This document shows positions 17,717-25,886 of a stretch of 64,000 nt of DNA, in pieces. The notes under the pieces were generated by a model. The model was not told the origin of the DNA. It saw only the letters and a program-made list of their open reading frames with translations, and did not search any database. Each line of letters starts with the position of its first letter. Within the stretch, counting starts at the first letter, position 1. Position numbers and translations under genes: made by a program. Origin of the DNA: Anaerolineae bacterium (GTDB lineage: Bacteria > Chloroflexota > Anaerolineae > S140-20); assembly GCA_027021705.1 (NCBI GenBank), contig JALUTT010000170.1, forward strand, positions 2,429-66,428. The letters are read 5' to 3'.

Positions 17717-18652
17717 TTACCCTCCGAAGAAAGCGATCACCCGCTCCTCCAGGCTGATGACCCAGAACTGTAGATCCACAAGCCACTGCTGGGCGCTGTT
17801 GGGCAGGAGTGACTGCACCGTCCGGCCCTGCACCATCAGCACCCCTAGCCCGATGAAGAGCAGACCGCTGACGATGTTGGTTGTGTGCAGCAGGAGCTCC
17901 CGACGTCCCAGGCGGACGACCCAGCCTTTGCCCCGCAGGATGCGCCAGAAGAGGCTGGTGCGAGGTTGATCCCCGAAGAAGGTGGAGACCAGCATCAAGG
18001 GCAGACCCAGCCCCAGAGCATAGATGAAGAGCAATACGGTGCCCTGCAGGACCGTCTGGGCCGAGGCGGCCAGGGCCAGGATGGAGGCTAGGATAGGACC
18101 AACGCAAGGGGTGAGGGCGAAGCCGAAGGTCAGGCCGAAGAGGAAGGACCCCCCCAAGGTAGCTGAGGGATTGGTAGCGAAGTTGGGGCCGCTGAAGCCC
18201 ATATCCAGCAACGTCATCAGGCCCAGGAGGATGATCACCGCGCCGCTGAGCATCGTCAGGGTCTGTAGGTGCTGGCGCAGAAAGCTGCCGATGAAGGAGG
18301 CCGAAGCGCCCAGGAGGGTGAAGACCAGGGCCAGCCCGACGAAGAAAGCGGTCGTCATCAGGGCGATTCGCCGGCGGTCCGACTGAAAGGTGAAGGCGAA
18401 ATAGGCCGGCAAAATGGGCAGCGTGCAGGGGGAGGTGAAGCTGAGCACGCCGGCGATAAAGGCCAAGATGGTCAAGGCGACGAAGCTGGCATCGCCCAGA
18501 TCGGCTGAGGGGCCCCCCTGCGTTTCGGAAGGAACTGGCCGGCCGAAGAGCAGGGCCACAACGATGAGGATGAAAGCCACCGCTGCCATCGCCAGGATGA
18601 TCCGCTTCAGCCAGGAGAGGTCCGTGAAGGAAGGCCCCGCCGACCTGAACAT
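17717..18652 (-). CDS. ccdA: Cytochrome c biogenesis protein CcdA
   Basis: AGVLSFTSPCTLPILPAY and TPCVGPIL; multiple TM segments. Confidence 0.9.
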   Translation of the reverse strand: MFRSAGPSFTDLSWLKRIILAMAAVAFILIVVALLFGRPVPSETQGGPSADLGDASFVALTILAFIAGVLSFTSPCTLPILPAYFAFTFQSDRRRIALMTTAFFVGLALVFTLLGASASFIGSFLRQHLQTLTMLSGAVIILLGLMTLLDMGFSGPNFATNPSATLGGSFLFGLTFGFALTPCVGPILASILALAASAQTVLQGTVLLFIYALGLGLPLMLVSTFFGDQPRTSLFWRILRGKGWVVRLGRRELLLHTTNIVSGLLFIGLGVLMVQGRTVQSLLPNSAQQWLVDLQFWVISLEERVIAFFGG

Positions 18653-18653
18653 C

Positions 18654-18800
18654 CTACGACTTTTCCTCCTCGACCAGGCTCTCCAACATCCGCAGCTCTT
18701 TCTCCAGGTTCTTCTGGCGTTGGATCAAGCTGAAGACGTAGAAGAAGGTGAATCCCCAGAAGATCAGATAGGCGACGACCAGGTATCCAAGGGTTCCCAT
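18654..18800 (-). CDS. ccmD: CcmD family small protein (48 aa, below the ORF-track cutoff)
   Basis: MGTLGYLVVAYLIFWGFTFFYVFSLIQRQKNLEKELRMLESLVEEEKS: one TM plus a charged coil; AAGGAGG RBS; downstream of ccmC. Confidence 0.8.
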   Translation of the reverse strand: MGTLGYLVVAYLIFWGFTFFYVFSLIQRQKNLEKELRMLESLVEEEKS

Positions 18801-19020
18801 GGGGTTATCCTCCTTGCGTTGCAGGCCGGCATCGTTGCCACGCTCTGGAATTTAGACGCGGCATCCTTGCCAACCTTACTTCTTTTAGATGCAGAAAAGG
18901 CGACAAGGTTACATCGTTGGGATGCGGGTGAGGGCAAAGAAGTCCCCGGTTGCCTTTTGCAGCACCGGTGGGCATCCGCCCATCGGTGGTCTGTCCATCC
19001 GACAAGGCGGTCAGGCCGGC

Positions 19021-19722
19021 TCAGCGGATCAGAAGACGTTGGCGCAGGTAGGCCACCCGATCGCTCATCTTCTCCAGGCGGATCCGTGCCCGCAGCAGGA
19101 CCAGGTACAGGACGGTGAAGGTCGCGATGGAGAAGAGCAGCGTGTGCAGCATCCGAGGGGTGATCGAGAAGCCACCTTGAGCTCCCGGCGCGTTGGGATT
19201 CAGGATGTCCGGATGGATGGTCCGCCACCAGCGGATGGCCATAAAGCTGAGGGGTACGGTGATGAAGGCGATGATTCCATAAACGGCGGCGAAGCGGGCG
19301 CGCCGACCGGGCTCTTCCAGCGCACCGCGCAGCATGAAGTAGGCCAAGTAGATCAACCACTGGATGGCACTGATGGTCAGACGGGGCTCCCAGGTCCACC
19401 AGGTGTTCCAGACGGGCCGGGCCCACAGGGAGCCGGTGATCAGCACCATCGTAATGAAGAGGGTGCCCACTTCGGCCGAGGAGAGGGCTAGGACATCCCA
19501 GCGCCGCTCCCGGCGGATCAGGTAGGCAATGCTGGCCAACATCGTGACGAAGAAGGCGAAGAAGCCGACCCAGGCGGCGGAGACGTGGAAGTAGAAGATG
19601 CGCTGCACATCTCCCATCGTCCTCTCGCGCGGCGCGTAGAGGAAGACCATCAACAGGGCCAGGGCGACCATCAGGGCCGCCAGGCCAGCGAGCAGGGGTT
19701 CCCAGTTCCTTGAGCGTGACAC
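19021..19722 (-). CDS. ccmC: Heme exporter/transfer protein CcmC
   Basis: RIFYFHV, WWD domain GSLWARPVWNTWWTWEPRL, WWRTIHP. Confidence 0.92.
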   Translation of the reverse strand: MSRSRNWEPLLAGLAALMVALALLMVFLYAPRERTMGDVQRIFYFHVSAAWVGFFAFFVTMLASIAYLIRRERRWDVLALSSAEVGTLFITMVLITGSLWARPVWNTWWTWEPRLTISAIQWLIYLAYFMLRGALEEPGRRARFAAVYGIIAFITVPLSFMAIRWWRTIHPDILNPNAPGAQGGFSITPRMLHTLLFSIATFTVLYLVLLRARIRLEKMSDRVAYLRQRLLIR

Positions 19723-19761
19723 GGTTCCCTCCTGGGGTACGTGTTGCGTGGGACGTGTGGG

Positions 19762-20448
19762 TTACTCTTCCACGACGAAGTCGAAGAGCATCGTGCTGAC
19801 TGTGACGATGATGACGTCGTAGACAACGAGCAGACGGAGCCAGTAGGCCACATCAGCGATAGGCAGGGCTTCCAGAAAGCCGCCAGTGGCCCGGACGGCG
19901 GCCATCAGCACGGGGACGGCGGCAGGCAGGAGCAGGATGGGCAACATCACCTCGCGGGCTCGGGTGTTGACGGCCATCGTGGCGAAGAGGGTGCCCACAG
20001 CAGCGTAGCCGGCTGTCCCTAAGAGCAGGGTCAGCAGCACGCCGGCCCGGAAGACGGGCAGGTTGAAGAGGACGGCGAAGACGGGCAGGACAACCGCTTC
20101 CACCAGGGTGATGAAGAAGAAGTTGCCGATGGCCTTGCCCAGGTAGATGGTGCTGCGGTCCATCGGGGCCAGCAACATCCCGTCGAAACAGCGGTTCTGC
20201 TCTTCCTGGGCCATCGAGCGGCTGAGGCCCAGGCTCCCGGCGAAGGCCACGGTGACCCAGAGGACGCCGGGGGCCGTCTGTTGGGCCGTGGCTGCCCGCA
20301 GGTCCAGGGCGAAGCTGAAGATCAGCACCGTCAGCAAGGCGAAGACGAGCATCGAGCTGAGCATCTCTCGGGTGCGCAGCTCGGTGATCACATCTTTGGT
20401 TAGGATGGCGAGGAGGCTGCGGAGGAAATTCAAAGACGCTCGCTCCAA
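19762..20448 (-). CDS. ccmB: Heme exporter protein CcmB
   Basis: KDVITELR, PGVLW, IYLGK, REVMLPILLLP; six TM segments; ccm context. Confidence 0.9.
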   Translation of the reverse strand: MERASLNFLRSLLAILTKDVITELRTREMLSSMLVFALLTVLIFSFALDLRAATAQQTAPGVLWVTVAFAGSLGLSRSMAQEEQNRCFDGMLLAPMDRSTIYLGKAIGNFFFITLVEAVVLPVFAVLFNLPVFRAGVLLTLLLGTAGYAAVGTLFATMAVNTRAREVMLPILLLPAAVPVLMAAVRATGGFLEALPIADVAYWLRLLVVYDVIIVTVSTMLFDFVVEE

Positions 20449-21287
20449 GTTGTCTTTCGCCAGTGTGATGGTCCCAAATGCTCCACGAGACCCATGTCGC
20501 GAAGGATTTGAAGCTGTTGCCGGACCTTGGCCTGCACATTCCGATTGTTCGGGTAGTGTTGCCGGAAGACGGCTTCCCGGGCGTAGAGGTCCTGATTGGT
20601 GAACTCCCCGTCGGGCAGGTGGGTGTAAACCAACTTTAGCCAGCCGACAAGGTCATGGGCAAGGGGTGAGGGGCGTCGGAGATGCCGTACCTTCTCCCGA
20701 AACGCCCTGGTCAGGTCCCGGTCTGCTCGCCCGCCCTGCCGGGGACTGCGCCTCTTCCTCGTGCAAAGCGCTTCGTACAGCTCCAGGAACTCCTCATCGG
20801 GCTCGACGCGGTGGGGATCGAACTTGAGGCGGTTGTAGACCCCGTAGAGGTCGGAGATGATCTCCGTCTCCAGAGAGGCCTGGATGACCATGTTGACTTC
20901 CACGTTGTCCTCCAACCCCCCTTGGGTCAAATTTGACGACCCCACGATGGCGACGACGTCTGCGTCGTTGCGCATCAGGTAGAGCTTCGGATGGTAAAGG
21001 GATGCGGTACCGGGATCGGTGTAGCAATACAGAGCCAATTGCGAAGCCCGGGACGTCTCGTACAGATGCCACAGTGCTTGGGGCTCGGTGACCGTCGCAT
21101 CCAATCCGACGAGGAACTCTACGGCCCCTCCGGTCTGGAGCACCTTCTGGAGAGGAGGCCACACGCGATCCAGGCCCGATTGGGAGAGAAAGGCCACGGC
21201 GATCCTCACATCGCGGGAGCGTTCAAGAGCGGATTGCAGAACCGAGGCCATCGTCTGTTGAGCGTTGTCGGCGACGGTAATCTGCAT
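20430..21287 (-). CDS. PLD-family nuclease fused to a DpnI-like winged-helix domain (putative m6A-dependent type IV restriction endonuclease)
   Basis: IAVAF..SG, YHPKLYL and IVGSSNLTQGG..NVE (restriction-type PLD); C-terminal FTNQDLY...HYPNNRNVQAKVRQQLQILRDMGLVEHLG resembles the DpnI C-terminal wH domain. Confidence 0.8.
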   Translation of the reverse strand: MQITVADNAQQTMASVLQSALERSRDVRIAVAFLSQSGLDRVWPPLQKVLQTGGAVEFLVGLDATVTEPQALWHLYETSRASQLALYCYTDPGTASLYHPKLYLMRNDADVVAIVGSSNLTQGGLEDNVEVNMVIQASLETEIISDLYGVYNRLKFDPHRVEPDEEFLELYEALCTRKRRSPRQGGRADRDLTRAFREKVRHLRRPSPLAHDLVGWLKLVYTHLPDGEFTNQDLYAREAVFRQHYPNNRNVQAKVRQQLQILRDMGLVEHLGPSHWRKTTWSERL

Positions 21288-21347
21288 CCTGGTGCCGCCT
21301 TTCTGGGAATTCCCCAAGCTGGATGACGGAGCTTTGCCGACGGGCGG

Positions 21348-22052
21348 TCACCCCGACACCACCCGCTCATACACACCGGGGAAAGCGTGCGGGTCAATCT
21401 CGCTCCGGGGGGCCTGGTAGACAACCTTGCCCCGGTTCAGGATGACGACCCGATGGCAGCGGTTCAGCGCCCGCTCGATGTTGTGGGTGGTGAGCAGGAC
21501 AGTACGGCCGGCGGCGGCAACTTCCTGTAGGATCCCATCCAGGATGGCCGCTGCCCGCTGGTCTAGCCCTGTGTAGGGCTCGTCGAAGAAGACGAGGCGG
21601 GGTCGGTGCAGGACGGCCCGGGCGATGGCCAGCCGCTGTTGCATCCCCCGCGAGTAGGTGCGCACGGGGTCGTGCCGCCGCGCCGACAGATCCACCATGG
21701 TCAGCATCTCGTCAATCCGCGCGTCCAGCTCCGAATTGTCCAGGCCGTAGAGCCGACCGTAGAAGCGCAGGTTCTCCTCGGCTGTCAGGTGGGGGTAGAG
21801 CAGGGTCTGGTGGGAGATGAGGCCGATCTGACGCCGGACGGCCGGCCCTGCCTTTTGCACATCGTAGCCGGCCACCTGCACCACCCCGGCCGTCGGTTTG
21901 CTCAGCGTGGCCAGGATGCGTAGCAGCGTCGTCTTGCCCGCTCCATTCGGCCCCAGGATGGAGACGAACTCCCCCGGCTCCACGTCCAGGTTCACACCCC
22001 GCAGCGCTGTGTGGACGCCAAAGGCCTTGACCAGTCCCCGCACGTGGATCAT
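21348..22052 (-). CDS. ccmA: Heme ABC exporter ATP-binding protein CcmA
   Basis: GPNGAGKTTLL, YSRGMQQR, FFDEPYTGLD; ccm context. Confidence 0.9.
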   Translation of the reverse strand: MIHVRGLVKAFGVHTALRGVNLDVEPGEFVSILGPNGAGKTTLLRILATLSKPTAGVVQVAGYDVQKAGPAVRRQIGLISHQTLLYPHLTAEENLRFYGRLYGLDNSELDARIDEMLTMVDLSARRHDPVRTYSRGMQQRLAIARAVLHRPRLVFFDEPYTGLDQRAAAILDGILQEVAAAGRTVLLTTHNIERALNRCHRVVILNRGKVVYQAPRSEIDPHAFPGVYERVVSG

Positions 22053-23887
22053 CGTGCTTGCATCCGCTCGATCAGCTCCTCCACCAGCTCCGACCGCTCC
22101 CGACGGTACGTCGCTTCGTCCAGTTCGCCGGCCTCATAAGCGTCGTCTAGGTCGGCGATGGCCTCCAGCAGAGCCTGACGGTCGCTGGCGACGCGGACCC
22201 GGGCCAGCGCCTGGCGCGGCGACCATCCCTGCCAGATCAGGTAGGCAGCCACCACTCCCAGGGCCAGACCGATCAGCCCCAGTCCCAGGGCCTGGCGCTC
22301 GGTGGGGCCGGGTCGCCTGCTGGTCTCCCCCGCTGCCGTCGCCGTGGACGGTCGGGGCTTGCCTTTCATCTTCCACGAGACCTCCTGGCCCGGCGTGAGG
22401 GGACCTGTGCTGTAGTTGTAGACCACCTCCCCCTGCATCGGTACCGGCGTTGGCTCTCCCAATTGCTCGCTCTCAACAGTGATCCCCACATCGGGTACCA
22501 ACAGGTTGAGCGAGTTCACCGGATAGAGGAACCGACGGGTGATGACCAGCCCGTCCCGATAGGCTAGCGCATAGGAGAAGAGCAGTTCCGTTGTGCCCTC
22601 GCCAGGAAGCACGGGGGCCGTGTCTATGAACCCCTCGTCGGTCTCCGTGAAACGACCGGCCATCGTGCCCCGCTCGAAGCGCAGGTTGGTGGCTTCATCG
22701 GGCAGGGGGATCTGCAAGGAGCCGACATAGGTTCGGTCGCCTGCGTTGCTGACGATGTAGAGTTCGCCGATGCGCAGCCGGTCGGAGGCGGGGAAGTCGG
22801 CGAAGATGTGGACCCGATCGAAACGGATGGCGTCAGCCTGGTCGGTGGTCTCATACACGGTCAGGGTGACCTCGCCCTCGGGCTTGCTGACGGAGAGCTG
22901 GATAGCATCGCTGCCGTAGTTGACGCCTCGGTATTCCGTCGTGACCACGTAGGCAACTTGAGCTTCGGGGTCCAGGTCGGCGAAGCGGAAGGAACCATCG
23001 CTCTGGACGGTGGTCGAGAGGGTGCCGACCATCTTCACCTGCGGGCCGGCCTCGAAGGCGATGAGGGTGACGGTGATGCCCTGAGGCAGGACAGCCCCTG
23101 TCGTGCCGTTCACCACCTGTCCGGTGATGACGCCAGGACCGCCGGCGAAGGGGTCCTTGCCGGGCACGGCGAGGGCAGGCGGCGTGTAGTCGTAGCTGAA
23201 GGTGCGCAGGTAATCCACCACCTGCCAGCGGGCCTCCTCGTCGAGTTCGTCGGCAAAGGAGGGCATCCCTTTGGTGGGACGTCCCTGGGTCACGGTCTCG
23301 AAGAGCTCCTGTTGGCTCTTCTGGGCCATCATCGCCAGGTCGGTGAAGTCGGGCATTGGGCCGGGGGCTGCTGGCCCGCTCCCGGTGCCATCATCCCCGT
23401 GGCAGGCGGCACATCGGCCTTGGTAGATCCTCCGTCCTGCCTCAATCTGGTCCGAGGGCGTGCTCAACGTGTAGAGGTAGAAGACCAGGTCCCATCGCTC
23501 CTGCTCACTGAGGGGATTGCTGGAGGCTGGGCCAAAGGGGGGCATCGCCGTCCCCTGCCGGCCGTTGGTAATGGTCTCGAACCAACGGGCGGGTGTGGTG
23601 GCCCGAGCCAAGGCGGGATCGGTCAGGTCGGGCATCGGCAGCCCTACCGCCTGGGCCTGGGGACCATCCCCCTGGCCATTCTGACCATGGCAGGGGAGGC
23701 AGCGTTGGGCAAAGATGCTCGCGGCTCGCTCGGGCGAAGGCTGGGAAGGGGGCCCCCCTTCCTGAGCGCGGGTCAGGGTCGGGAGTAGGGCAAGGGCAAA
23801 GGTGAAAGCAAGCCAGCCGGCGATCACCCTGCCGACCTGAAGCTTACCTTCTATCCAACGGGAACGGACTGACTTGTTCACGCTCAA
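22049..23887 (-). CDS. Membrane-anchored diheme c-type cytochrome with Ig-like domains and CcmI-like C-terminal helix
   Basis: CLPCH...GTAMPPF and CAACH...KGMPSF (two class I domains); C-terminal TM followed by LLEAIADLDDAYEAGELDEATY. Confidence 0.8.
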   Translation of the reverse strand: MSVNKSVRSRWIEGKLQVGRVIAGWLAFTFALALLPTLTRAQEGGPPSQPSPERAASIFAQRCLPCHGQNGQGDGPQAQAVGLPMPDLTDPALARATTPARWFETITNGRQGTAMPPFGPASSNPLSEQERWDLVFYLYTLSTPSDQIEAGRRIYQGRCAACHGDDGTGSGPAAPGPMPDFTDLAMMAQKSQQELFETVTQGRPTKGMPSFADELDEEARWQVVDYLRTFSYDYTPPALAVPGKDPFAGGPGVITGQVVNGTTGAVLPQGITVTLIAFEAGPQVKMVGTLSTTVQSDGSFRFADLDPEAQVAYVVTTEYRGVNYGSDAIQLSVSKPEGEVTLTVYETTDQADAIRFDRVHIFADFPASDRLRIGELYIVSNAGDRTYVGSLQIPLPDEATNLRFERGTMAGRFTETDEGFIDTAPVLPGEGTTELLFSYALAYRDGLVITRRFLYPVNSLNLLVPDVGITVESEQLGEPTPVPMQGEVVYNYSTGPLTPGQEVSWKMKGKPRPSTATAAGETSRRPGPTERQALGLGLIGLALGVVAAYLIWQGWSPRQALARVRVASDRQALLEAIADLDDAYEAGELDEATYRRERSELVEELIERMQAR

Positions 23888-24065
23888 AGGCTATTCCCTT
23901 TCCTTGATGGCAAGCACGAATCCGATTTGCTTCTGGGGTCCCCTCAATGCTCAGGCTGGTGGCAGAAATGGGATGCCCTTGGTGCGAGACCTGCCAAGCC
24001 GGCATTGAGGTCAACGGAGGTTCGCTCCAAGAGGGGCTGCCTTTTCCGAATGGCCTCCTCCGGGC

Positions 24066-24647
24066 CTACTGGGCAGGCGCACCACAGCGGGCGCAGAACC
24101 GGTCATCGGAATCCAGAGGGGAGCCACACTGGGAGCAGACCGGCAGCGGGGTGCCACACCGGGAGCAGAAACGGTCTCCCGGATCCCCTCGATGCCCACA
24201 GGATGGGCAGGCAGGTCCCACCGCTGTTGACGTTTCGACGGTCGGCTCCCGGCCCCCGGAGGATGCCACAGCGGCGGGCTCCGCGACCGGCTGGCCGCGC
24301 TGGCGTCGCAGTGCGGCGACCTGCCGCTCGATCTCGGCCTCCAGCGCTGCCCGCCCATCTCCACCGGTCAGTTCATCAATGCGTTTCAGAATCTCCACCC
24401 CCTGGGCAACGTACTGATCCCGCAGGGGTTTGTAGTCCTCTTCGGCGATCTTGCCGGTCTGGTAGTCGAAATCCAGTTCCCGGATGGCTGTGTAGATCGC
24501 CTCACGCTGCTCGTACAGTTCCTTCAATGGGTTCTCGTCGTCGGTGAGGGGAGCGGGTTCATCGGAGGACTGGAAGAGGGGGCGGAGAATCCAGGCGACG
24601 GTCACCAGCAGCAAGCCGGCTCCAAAAAGCAGGGCTCCAAGGTTCAT
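24066..24647 (-). CDS. CcmI-like N-terminus + double zinc ribbon protein
   Basis: TM, then AIRELDFDYQTGKIAEEDY; C-terminal CPSCG/CSRCG/CSQCG/CARCG. Start taken at ATG 24647. Confidence 0.72.
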   Translation of the reverse strand: MNLGALLFGAGLLLVTVAWILRPLFQSSDEPAPLTDDENPLKELYEQREAIYTAIRELDFDYQTGKIAEEDYKPLRDQYVAQGVEILKRIDELTGGDGRAALEAEIERQVAALRRQRGQPVAEPAAVASSGGREPTVETSTAVGPACPSCGHRGDPGDRFCSRCGTPLPVCSQCGSPLDSDDRFCARCGAPAQ

Positions 24648-24650
24648 CGG

Positions 24651-24700
24651 TGCGTATTCCGTATTCCGTATTTCGTGTTTCGCATTTCGTGCTTCGTATG
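24651..24700. repeat. Degenerate heptamer tandem repeat (CGTATTC-like)
   Basis: gcgtattc cgtattc cgtattt cgtgttt cgcattt cgtgctt cgtatg. Confidence 0.8.
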
Positions 24701-24773
24701 CCGTCCCGCCCTTCACGCTTCCTGGGCTCGTTTGGCGTTTCACGTCTCACAGGCCGCGTGCTGCGGGGGGCGC

Positions 24774-25337
24774 TCACTGGGAGAGCAGGTCTCGGATGGC
24801 CTGATCCAGCTCGCCGGGCCTGAAGGGACCCACTTTGGTCAAGACGATGCGTCCCTCTCGATCTATGATGAAGGTCTCGGGAACGCCGGTGATGCGGTAG
24901 GCGTCAGAGATGCGGCTGCGCAGGTCTGGCCCGTTGGGGTAGGTGATGTTGAACTCCTCCAAGTAGGCCCGGGCCTTGCTCTCCGTGTCCACGTAGTCCA
25001 CACCCAGGACGACGACCCCCTGGTCCCGGTACTTGCGCCACACCATCTCCAGCTCCTCGGCCTCTCGTCGGCATTCGACACACCAGGAGGCCCAGAAGTT
25101 GACGACGACGATCCGTCCGCGCAGTTGGGAGAGGGTGACCTCGCCGCTGGTGAACTCGTTCTCGTAGCCGCTGAAAATGGGCAGCGTGAAGTCGGGGGCC
25201 AGGCCCGACTCCGGCCGGGTCTGGGACTGGCGGACGAGCCCCCAGCCCAGCAGGCCCAGCAGGGCGAAGGTAACGACCCAGACCAGCAGACGACCTACGC
25301 GCAGACCGGTTTTTGGCTGCACCGCTTCTTCTGCCAT
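24774..25337 (-). CDS. ccmG: CcmG/TlpA thiol:disulfide oxidoreductase
   Basis: NFWASWCVEC, GVPETFIID; start ATG 25337; follows ccmH. Confidence 0.82.
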   Translation of the reverse strand: MAEEAVQPKTGLRVGRLLVWVVTFALLGLLGWGLVRQSQTRPESGLAPDFTLPIFSGYENEFTSGEVTLSQLRGRIVVVNFWASWCVECRREAEELEMVWRKYRDQGVVVLGVDYVDTESKARAYLEEFNITYPNGPDLRSRISDAYRITGVPETFIIDREGRIVLTKVGPFRPGELDQAIRDLLSQ

Positions 25338-25341
25338 CGCC

Positions 25342-25839
25342 TCACTCCCACTCACGCAGCTCCCGCTCCAGGCGGGCGACGTAATCTTCGGGTAGGTCGC
25401 TGCTGGCCCGTACCGGTGAAGGTTCAACGGGGATGGTCGCGGTAGCCACCGTCCGTCTCCCCATCCAGCGTCGGAAGAGTTGGATCATAATGCCGATGCC
25501 CGCCAGGGTCCCTACCACAGGCAGGATCCAGACCCAGAGGGCGAAACCTGCCTGGCGGGGGAGGGCCCGCACCCGGTCTCCATACCGCTCGGTAAAGTAG
25601 TTGATCACCTCTTGATCACTGTAACCAGCAGCCAGCAGTTCACCGATCTGCTCTCGCCAGTCAGCACAGGCTTGGGTCTCGCACACGTCCAGGGGGGTGT
25701 TCTCGCAGACGGGACAGTAGAGTTGCTTGGCCACACGGTTGATGTCGTCCTTGGTGACCTCGCCGCCTTGGGCATAGACGACGCCAACCAAGAGCAGGCT
25801 GATGAGCGCAAGCCCTATCCATAGCCACCATCTCTTCAT
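25342..25839 (-). CDS. ccmH: Cytochrome c biogenesis protein CcmH
   Basis: LYCPVCEN...YFTERYG...WILP; signal peptide plus TM. Confidence 0.88.
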   Translation of the reverse strand: MKRWWLWIGLALISLLLVGVVYAQGGEVTKDDINRVAKQLYCPVCENTPLDVCETQACADWREQIGELLAAGYSDQEVINYFTERYGDRVRALPRQAGFALWVWILPVVGTLAGIGIMIQLFRRWMGRRTVATATIPVEPSPVRASSDLPEDYVARLERELREWE

Positions 25840-25886
25840 TGGGGTTACCTCCTCCAGAGGTCGGAGCCTCCGGTGATGCGCCCCTT

